DNA of 64,000 nucleotides from Pocillopora damicornis (Eukaryota): NCBI RefSeq assembly GCF_003704095.1, contig NW_020844518.1, positions 1 to 64,000 of the forward strand, read 5' to 3'. Shown piece by piece: positions 54,943 to 64,000 of this stretch (position 1 is its first letter; each line of letters starts with the position of its first letter). The notes under the pieces were generated by a model. It saw only the letters and a program-made list of their open reading frames with translations, ran no database searches and was not told where the DNA came from. The position numbers and the translations under genes were made by a program.

Positions 54943-55259
54943 GATGCCTCCCAGCGGTGCAGAAACAAAGTTGTGAAATTGTTTCATTTGCAGCAAATTT
55001 ATTGACCAGCAATTGTTCGCTCACCTGAGAAGCTGTTCAAGTTTTAATAAGTTCTTCTGTTTTTCTCTTTAGATGACGTTGCGTAAATTCAATTAACATG
55101 GTAAAGTTGTAAGATCTTGTTCAAATACATCTGTTACAGATGCAAGGAGGTAAAGAATTTTTTTTTTCACGTAGAGCAATTGGACATCTTCTTTTTCAGA
55201 AGGAGGGGAATATGTGGGTACGTGCAATCATAAGCAAGTGATTCAGGCATCCCTGAAAA

Positions 55260-55410
55260 TTGGCCTGTGCCCATTTATACTCCTTGGTGGTAGAGGGCAC
55301 CGTGAGAGTAATGTGTGTTTCTCAAGAACCCAAGACCCAGCCATGTCTCGAACCCAGATCCTTCGACCCGTCTAGTCTAATACATTAACTGTCAACCAAC
55401 TGCGTCTCTC
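55260..55410 (-). mobile_element. SINE-like dispersed repeat fragment
   Basis: cccatttatactcc.tggtgg.agag.gcac.gtg motif shared with 62045-62100. The minus strand has a B-box-like GGGTTCGAGAC. Confidence 0.5.
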
Positions 55411-56836
55411 ATAACACTTTGGCTAGTTAGTCCAAATTGTAAATGAAAACCAACCCTAATTTAGGAGGGATATGGTACAAGAAATTCCTTAAAATTTTCA
55501 ATCTGTTACTAAAAATTGAAGGAATAAAAATATAAAAATTAAGCAAGCAAACGTTACAATTTATTCAGGATTTTCTTCTATTATGGTTCAGTTTTTTTCA
55601 CTCATGAAAACATATTTTGTCTACTTTGAACTTGTCAAACCTTTTTTTGACGTATAGAAAATCTTTATTTAAAAAAAAATTTTCGTTTTCATTTCAAGCG
55701 TTACTTATTGTTTATTGTGGAAAATGTCTGTTTAAATGTCATCAAATTGCTGCGGATTTAAAAAGCAAACAGAGAATATTCGAAAGCCTCGAGAACCCCA
55801 GTAGTATTGAAACAGCTTAAATCTTTAGAGCAAGCAAATTGTTCTTTGCCTTTTTTTTTTATTCCGGCTGGAAGTGAGTAAAGACACTCTTATGTAATAA
55901 TAGTTCTTCCTTGACTTCGATCTTGACTTCAACCCTAAATAGTTCGTATCTAAAATTTTAGTCCAAGATTACTCCTTTTTTTTAAAACAAAATCAGTCTA
56001 GGAAATCCAATAAACACGTGTTTTTTCGATTTAACGGCACAAGTGATGGTTGGGAAGTTGTCTTAATTGCACGTATCTTGAGCAAGTTCATTATAGAATC
56101 GTTCAGGCAAAATCTAGTTGTGGACTTTTTGACTTACTATACTATACATTCGTGATTAAATACTAAGGAAAAAAATTTTTTTTGAGTGTGTAATATCAAT
56201 CAAAAAATATCCATGTTCAAAGATTATAGCATTATGTGCAATTTTGTCGTTAGCTTTTTTTTTTTTCTTTGGTGGTTCGTTGCTTAATCACGAATCACGA
56301 AGTACCGTTGCTCGGCTAAAACAAACCGTAAATAATTATTTGTAAGATTGTCAAAAACAGTATTCACGTTCATATTTCTATGTGTAATGTAAGTATCGCA
56401 GCTAATTACGAATCATCAACCCATGCAAATTCTTTAAAGAGTAACATACATCACTACAACGAAACATACAAGCAAAGGCAAATTTACAGGCTGCAATATT
56501 TGGGAGACGCAGGAACTCTTTGGATTCCCAGTCGAGCAGCCCTGCACCTTCAGACGTAGGACACCTCTCCCGAACAACGTATTTGAGATTCTTTCACCCT
56601 TCTCCCCCATCCAACATTGTTAATCGCCAATGTTTCTCTGCCATCTTGCAGACCAACATGGAGAGGGGCATGAAAGACTGTATGTGTCGCAACAAAGGTG
56701 TCTGCCCGGTCATTGTGTTGTGTTCCTGGGAAAAACGCATTACTTTTACAGCGGCTATACCAAAGAGTACATATGAGAATGGGAATTTTGTAATAAACAT
56801 CCACCAGGTGGCTTTTCTTGTCTACTGTCTCTAGGT

Positions 56837-57012
56837 TGAATTAGAATGTTGGTTTTTTAGGAGGGAGGAAAACCGTAGGACCCCGAGAAAACCCTCCGAG
56901 CAAGGACGAAAACTGACAGCAAACACAACCCTCATGTGAAGCCAGGTCTGGGAATCGAACTCGAGCCACAGTTGTAAGTGGCGAGCGCTCTCACCACTGC
57001 ACCATCCCTGCT
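56837..57012 (-). mobile_element. tRNA-derived SINE
   Basis: Minus strand begins AGCAGGGATGGTGCAGTGGTGAGAGCGCTCGCC...GAGTTCGATTCCC (Pol III A and B boxes), followed by a non-tRNA body (GGGTTTTCTCGGGGTCCTACGGTTTTCCTCCCTCC). Confidence 0.75.
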
Positions 57013-57485
57013 ACCTATGAAGATGGAGTAAGTATAAATTGTTAGGGAAGTCTGAAGAAATGTCGTACTCAAGGTCAAGATTGGTGTTCAATCACCATTG
57101 AGGAATTGCGCTGCCTTTTTGCTGATATCAGCGATAGGTTAGAAGTCATTTCTAGTTGACCCGTTCTCTACGTCGTTAAGGAATATTAAACAACTCGGAC
57201 ATTCATTGAAAAGAAACTCTTTTGGTTGCATGTGGCAAAATAGGCCAAACCACTGATATCTATGGACAGGTAGCCGAAATCTACCTTAACAACTTAACTT
57301 CAACATTTTTTGGCACTTTCATCAACTCAAAATTCGATACAAAGTCAGTTTATCATCGGTGATTTCTTTATTATGCTTTTAAAATCAATTGACACGTCAA
57401 AAATTGTCAGGTAAGGTATGTTTACGAAGGAATGTGAAGGTACAAATAAAACGAGAAACAAACAAATTACGTGAATATTTCTTCC

Positions 57486-57543
57486 TTTATTCAATTCTAC
57501 CCTATTCTTGGAAGTGTGTTTTGCTTTGCCGGTGAAAACCAAC
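57486..57543 (-). other. Predicted non-coding terminal 3'UTR exon of gene G
   Basis: Acceptor ttctttttgcag at 57544-57545, AATAAA at 57486-57491, donor ATC|GTAAGA 15 nt after the stop (57940-57941). Confidence 0.5.
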
Positions 57544-58662
57544 CTGCAAAAAGAAATAATGCTGAATTTATCTGTTTATTAAAAAAAAACCAGAAACAAA
57601 CAAAAAACAACAAACGGGAGTTAAATTTTTTTAAAAGAAATTTCGTTCTTGGTAGAGTTTTGGAATTAACGGCCTTTATAGTTAACGAAAATAAACGAAA
57701 GGAGGGCTAATGACCATCATGACCAAAGAAATGGGCTGATTCACACGAATCTTGGAAAACTGTGCTAATGTTCATTCAGCATGTGGTCAATGATCTTGAA
57801 CGTCACGCAAGCGAACTGCCCTTATTTAAGGTTCAGGGAGTACCTGCAACGGTATTTACCTTCTTGGCTATTAAGTACCTGAGGTCTAGAAAACTTAAGT
57901 TGAAGTTCAAAAGAGGAAAACGTAAAATTGAATTATCTTACGATTCCAGCCAAAGCTTAGCACAGCTTGCAAGTCTTCCTGCAATTCTTTCTCACGCTCT
58001 CTTCTTTGCATTTTTGTGCCATCTTAAAACAAAGTTTGCCTCTGTCCGCACATGGCAGAGGTTTGGGTTTTCCTAAAAGAAACAAAATTCCTCTTAAATT
58101 GTACTACATGTACTTCAGTTACATATGTAAATGAAAGTTAAATTTTCATCTTATGATATTGCATTTCTGGTGTTCTGATTGCTTCGCTTAACTCCGGTAA
58201 TCAGCTCATCACCCGAAAGTTGAAATTAATTAGGGAATTTTACTTCCCATGCGATGGAAATAAAGTAAAGCAATTTCGAATCAATTTCATTTCGGTTACA
58301 AAAGTTGCAAAAGGTGCATTGTTGATACATACCGACTGCACCTGCCCCTGCGTCTTCTGGGCACACTCCTTTGTAGAGAAGATTCATCTGCAGTATCTCG
58401 CTGAGCGCATCCCGCTGACCCATTTTAGAACTGGCCTGGAAATATCGGAATGAGTTACACTTGTATGTAATTTTGCTGTTATTTCAAAAAAAAAATCCCA
58501 TCAAGAAGTCTATTTTAGCTTCATAAACACCGACCAGACAAACAGAGTACTGTGGGTGTCTGCTGATCCCTTTTACCCTTTCAGGTGATTAGCATCTCAT
58601 TTCTCCTCACAGTCACATCAACACAGGAAACCCATAACCATTCATCACAGCTTACTTGTTAG

Positions 58663-58875
58663 AGGGTCTGAATGAATTATCCATTAGCCGTAAAACAGCC
58701 AAAAAAAATCTGACCCTCAGACGTTGAAATTGACAAATTTTAAGTGTTAGTCATACAGAAGTTAGCCGTAGAAAGTCTCTCTCTTAATCTCAATGGAAGG
58801 AAGTAAACCATTAGCCGTAAAATGGCCGAGATTTTTAACCGCTAGCCGTGAAAACCATCATCCCATTATGACCCT
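58663..58875. mobile_element. MITE with terminal inverted repeats and target-site duplication
   Basis: Ends AGGGTC...GACCCT flanked by the direct repeat CTTGTTAG (58655-58662 and 58876-58883), with internal ttagccgt subrepeats. A related end (ccagaccctc) occurs at about 6040. Confidence 0.75.
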
Positions 58876-60535
58876 CTTGTTAGAACTATCGTAAATGTAT
58901 CCGAAATCAAGAGCTTTTTCATTGAACTTACCCCCGGCATCTTGGTAAGGATGGGGGGTTCCGTTCTTGTTAAATACCATGCTCCCATAATGCATAATGC
59001 TCCCGAAATCATACTTAGTCCCGAGGGAGTCGATGGTTGAGCGAGAGTATTTTTTGAAATTACCCTTTTTTCCTTAAAAAAACTTTAAAAAATATTAACA
59101 ATAAAATTGAGACGCATTTTTCCATGACCTCCATAGGTATTTTTGTTGGGCCAAAATGGTTTGAATGTAACTTCTAAATGTTGCGCAAAAGACTTATGTA
59201 GAAATTGAATTGTTCCTCATTTTTACCCTGATGTTTCATGATCTGTCACACTCCAAAAACCAGATTAAAAACTAAAACTAATCCTTGTTTGGTCATTTGC
59301 GTTTCCTCACTTTTCATGCATTTTTCCCTTTTTCACTTGGAGTTCTATCGGCCAAATGAAGATATCAACCCTCTCTCCAACCGGCTGTTGTATAACTTTG
59401 CTTTCGGTTTTTCGAAACTCAGATGAAAACTGCTCTATGTATTATCAAGGGCTTGTTGAGTCACTACCTACTATGGCGAGGAAAGTGATGATTTTATCTT
59501 TTCGCCTAGAAGATACTATAGGATAACGTTTGTAAGATACCATGGGCTGAATCGCTGAAATCTATTGTCAGGGGTAGATTTTATCTACTCATCATCTTCA
59601 ATGTTTTCCCGTAAGATTTTTACATATTTATCTCTGTCAGGGCGAGACTGTTCGTGATAAAAACCCAACGCATGTCCCTAAATAAACAAAACAAACAAAG
59701 TTAACGTTTAGTGTCAACCTTATCATGACGAATGTATCATGAAGGGATACGAACCACAAGAATTAACGAACACGGAAAATTTAGGTCAAAAATTGATAGG
59801 GTACGGGATACTCAGACCACTAGTATGCAATTCAGCATGACTAGGAATTCTAGAAATTTCTAGAACCTTATATTCACAGTTATTATCCAGAACACTTTGC
59901 AAGTCTCTTCTGCCTGTTCTGAGGCCCCGGGAAGTAATACATATGTCGGGATGGCGTCCTATTAATTCGATCAACATATACCTACTTATGGCCAATACTT
60001 ACCAAGTTCGTGAGCGACAGTTCCCATGGACCAGCAACCGTTGCCCAAGTTAACAGATTGAGGCTCATCATGCCTTCCTATCTTGGACGAGCATCTGATA
60101 AACAAACCAAAACGTTTCAGGTTTATTTCCATTGTTATTCCCCTCTTAACCTGCCATGTACTGATGCGCGCTTTGATATTCACATGCGACGCAGAACCTT
60201 CACATAAACATACCGTTATTACATATGCTGCTATTAGTCCACACAGCCCACCTCGCTGCCAATCTACAGCGCACTTAGACTTAAAACTATTTAGCTGCTA
60301 AAGTCAGTCGCTATGTCTTTCTAATTGTTCGTAACCTCAGAGCATAAATAATAGTTCAAACCTTTTTCTTTCCCTAAATAATGCTAAAACGCACCAACGA
60401 CTGGACGGAGTTTTAGAATTCATTCGTTTGATTTACGCACGCTGAGATATTGAATTGATGAGAAAGAAATCGCTGTTTGAGACACTCTATGAGAACCCAA
60501 AACTCTGCCACTGAGAGATATTTATTTATTTATTT

Positions 60536-60620
60536 TGAAAATTTTTATATATTTTTAATTCTTGTATTCATCCGAAAATTTTTATATATTTTTAATTCTT
60601 GTATTCATCGGAAAATTTTT
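60536..60620 (+). repeat. Short ~37 bp tandem duplication
   Basis: gaaaatttttatatatttttaattcttgtattcatc twice, plus a partial third copy. Confidence 0.85.
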
Positions 60621-61899
60621 ATTATAAATTCATTTAATAGAGTAGATGACGAATTGCTTGAATGAAATTTACCCAGCGCCTTTATGGAATATGGCGTATT
60701 GCTTTTCATTTGTTCTTTTCTTGAAGCGGATACAAGTCTTGCTCGACCATTCCCTCATTTCTTCTTGAATGGCTTTTACTGCTCTTGGGTTGTTAGCTAA
60801 TGGAAAAACAAACAAAACAAGAAAACAAACGTAGCCATTACTAATAACCTTTAAGTTTTAGGTGTACTGAGGTCATGCTGCAAGCACTTTTTATCGCAGA
60901 GTGGTGAATTAGCTTCCTTCTCTCCGGGCATTTTGTTTAAAAGTGCACATGGTTATATTTCGATTGTCTTCGGTCAGCTGTGTTGATCTTCCTCATCCGT
61001 CCTAGCTCCTCCTTTTGTGACGTAATTTTTAAAATTTATTCTCCACACCACAATAACAATTTACTAGGAAGCATGATAAGCTAAATACAAAAATGTGAAT
61101 AGGGAGGAAATCTAATTGAAAGTGCGAGCCTTTTATCATATGAGGTTTGCTTTTCTCTCAAAAGTTCGAACTAAAATATAACATAGAACAAGATGCTGAA
61201 GCCTGATTCGGATCAAGGGGAAAACGAATAAGTTAGTAGTTGATTAGATTAATAGTTTTTTGGTAACTTCAGATTTTTTAGGGACGCTAAAGTGTTTACA
61301 AATTTCCAACTAAGGATATTGAAAAACGTAGGATCTTCAAGGGAGACGGAAAACTGCTTTATACTTTTCAGAAGGAAAAGTAGATATTTAAGTCTACTGG
61401 GATTTTGTCTCAGAGGTGATTTGCTGTATAGGCAATTGTTAGTGCGCACCGCACTTAAGATTCATATAAATTTTGTTTGAAAGCATATCTGGTGTTGCAT
61501 CCATGAATGCTACTTGCATATTAATAATGATTTTGGAACAAATCCGCCGGCAGGCCTTTGTGCTAAAAGCGGACATGAACTAACATAGCTGCAAGAAATG
61601 AATACCGTGTATTTTAAGTAAAATAAATTCTTTTAACATTGGTTCAGTAAAACATCACAACCTGACCTGTTTTCTTTCCTTATCGCCTATTTTTGTAATG
61701 TTATTAATCTTTTCAGATAAAACGCAAGGAGATATGGGGATTATATTCCTCATAACTGAAGCTATATTTGTTTTCAACTAATTAGCAAAAAAAGTTAGAA
61801 ATGGAATTGAGGGAAAGAGTCTGGTTGAGGGGTACAGAAACCATTGGCGTTATCTGGCCGGGGCCCTGTGTGCATAAACGCACAAGGTAAATATTGCCC

Positions 61900-62102
61900 C
61901 GTCCACCCTGACCTTATTCCGCTTTCCAAGTGTTATGAAGCGACAAAGAGTATTACGACTGCCCCTGGATGGGAAGCTAGTCCTTTGCAAGGTTCCCTCC
62001 TCTCTCCAACATTTCATAAGGCTGCCCTGCCCTGCCCGCCGGTACTCATATAAACTCCTGGGTGAAGGAAGGCACTGGTGTTCAGACCAAGAACGCAACG
62101 CG
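61900..62102 (-). mobile_element. SINE-like dispersed repeat body
   Basis: tatgaagcgac..gagtatt.c.act.cccctggatggga.gctagtcc motif. Degenerate copies sit at about 3255-3345 and 13845-13925 (intron 2 of A and B) and 55260-55330. Confidence 0.5.
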
Positions 62103-64000
62103 TTTGGTTGACTCTCGACGAGAAATTAAAACTACAGACAACGTCTCTTCTTCGGGAGTAATGTATTTCTGTGCTCAAAGTGACTCTTCTTAAAGCTCCA
62201 CAGAGCCGTGCTGGATCTCATGCATTATCTAATCTATAACACATATACTAGTACGACTAGACGCAAAAAAGAGGTTGGGATGAGGGGTTTGGAAGAGACG
62301 TGAGGTAACGCCCAGACACTTGTTTTCTCACCATAAAGCTAACCAACTCCTGGCCCATTGACCTTGCAAGACCATGACAGAAATTCTAGTCTAGTAGTGT
62401 TTGCTGGATTTAGGGCAGCGAAAGGATTTAAGTTCGCCACCTTGAAACGTCTGACGGTTTGATTCCCTCTACCAATAATAACATAATTACAACCCCCATT
62501 AACGAAAAAAAAGATTATCGTGCCTGAAATTCTTTATTGGGACACGTTTAATTTTAGTAAGATCAAGAGATCCTGTTAAGATGTAATGACAGGGCTGCAG
62601 TATGATCTTTTTTTTTTTCAAACCCATACAGGCCTGAAGCAATTCCTTACAAGCACAAAACAAACAAACAAATCTATGTGAGTTGCTAAAAATAATCTTT
62701 CTTTCGACGGCTTTAAACGATTGGTGTCACTAAGGGTAACGGGAGTTTCATGAATACTACTCACACGTACCTGCTCAAAATTTTGCCTCTGGGCGTTCTT
62801 TTGGATTGAACTTACTCGACGCTCTCTCAAGAAGCTAGGAAATGAAATACTGAATGCATTCGAGTTGCTTTTAATCACTAAAATTCGTTTTGATAATGCA
62901 ATTCGAAGCAATTACAGGGCTGTTATGATCTTTGTTTGAAAAAGTTTTCAAAACGATCCACTGCCGAATAAGGGAATTCATGATGATTGTTTACAATTCC
63001 AGTCCTACAATACAACTCTAATTAAAACAATTGGCACACTCTTTTTTATGATTTAATAAGGTTATTACATGAGGGAGTTATTCAAAATGTTCACCGCTGA
63101 CGTGGAGGATTTGAAAAAAACTGATGAATAAAGAATAACAAGTATACCAGGTAATATTATATAGATATCTTCAAGGAACATAGTATGTGCTTTGGTTGAT
63201 TTTATTAGCCTCGTTTCAGTATGACGAGGACGTCCGACAGAGAAGGGAAAAATGGTTATTGAGGTTATCACTAACGAGCATTTCAACATCTATTATTTTA
63301 TTTAGACCGTTGAAATGTGCCCTAAGTGAAATTATTCTCCAAGAGATAAATTGGAAAGTAAAATAACACATTTATGGCTCTCTCAATGGAATTTTGTAGA
63401 AATTTATAAATTAACACTTCTAAAGAAGGACAAAAACGCAATTATCCAGGAGTTTTTAACAATGTTCATATAATTTTTACCCATGATGAGTTTGTTGCTA
63501 GGGGAGTCCGTTCTTCAGCCTTGGTTTGTATGCTTAGATTATCTCTGGTGTTTTCTGGGCATTATATTGACATGATATTGGTTAACGGATGATCGTGCTA
63601 GCCGCATTTAAGCTCAAAAGTTTTGTTTTTCATTAGTGCAATTATATTTAAACAACACAATTTAATTGGTTTTCTTTGCTAATGGATAAAACCAAATTTT
63701 TTGTTCTTAACGAGCACTTTTTATCCAGTGCATTCATTATTTTACCAAGCTAAAACCTGGAATGATACCTTTATTTTATTCAAGGATCCGTGGAAAATAA
63801 CATATGTGTTTAATGGGTGTCGTTGTTGCGCTCTACATTTTCCTTATTAAAGCCTTTTCGGATATGCATCAATCCGGAGTTAGAACAGTTAGAATCCCCT
63901 AACGAGTGAATTTGCTCATCATTACTACTTTCTAATACTTGGGCACCCAGAAACAGCATTAGAGAGCTTTGCAAGTAAATCATATCTTATGAAATAGTAT

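Larger units (their letters stand above)
57957..60796 (-). pseudogene. Astacin-ShKT pseudogene G
   Basis: Exons (minus): 60673-60796, 60003-60094 (…GTVAHEL), 59593-59677 (85 nt with an extra G; donor mutated GT to AT), 58932-59072 (141 nt versus 143 in C-F, a 2-nt deletion near 58953-58959), 58333-58435 (two codons including the conserved Asp deleted), 57957-58072 (intact ShKT: KPKPLPCADRGKLCFKMAQKCKEESVRKNCRKTCKLC*). Exons 1-2 not found in the remaining 3.2 kb. Confidence 0.88.

Noticed and set aside
56940-57012. tRNA gene
   Set aside because: It has A and B boxes but no convincing acceptor stem, and continues into a SINE-type body
61571-61600. Remnant of gene G exon 2 donor (gttagttcatgtc, identical to gene C's exon 2 donor region)
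   Set aside because: Only a 13-nt match with no EGDM or WPxG coding sequence upstream, so it could be chance
63480-63560. Possible exon of a neighbouring gene (minus-strand GG|GTAAAA donor)
   Set aside because: No recognisable protein motif and no supporting partner exons in the window

Overview
This is AT-rich eukaryotic (animal) genomic DNA with four 100-N scaffold gaps. Gene content and repeat types suggest a cnidarian, probably a stony coral (inference). The window holds a head-to-tail array of seven minus-strand astacin-family (M12A) zinc metalloprotease genes, here named A-G from left to right. I reconstructed exons by hand from GT-AG boundaries and paralog alignment. They share one plan: signal peptide / EGDM propeptide / catalytic domain with HExxHxxGFxH split by an intron and an SxMHY Met-turn / low-complexity linker / C-terminal six-Cys ShKT domain, with intron phases 1,1,2,1,1,0,1. 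C, D, E and F are complete open reading frames (374, 315, 290 and 293 aa). B is intact but runs into a gap. A has a frameshift and no visible exon 1. G is a pseudogene with several lesions. Highlights: (1) an extremely polycationic ShKT domain and a 20x (P/S/L)K(P/A/T)T linker in gene C; (2) an intact minimal hammerhead ribozyme on the sense strand of gene E intron 3, plus two degenerate ones; (3) a predicted intron just after the stop codon shared by E, F and G; (4) divergent zymogen activation sites; (5) decayed THAP/DDE_Tnp_4 and Sola-like transposases, SINEs and MITEs; (6) a gap-bounded inverted block that may be a scaffolding error. Most ORFs in the supplied track are spurious or are single exons read through into introns.
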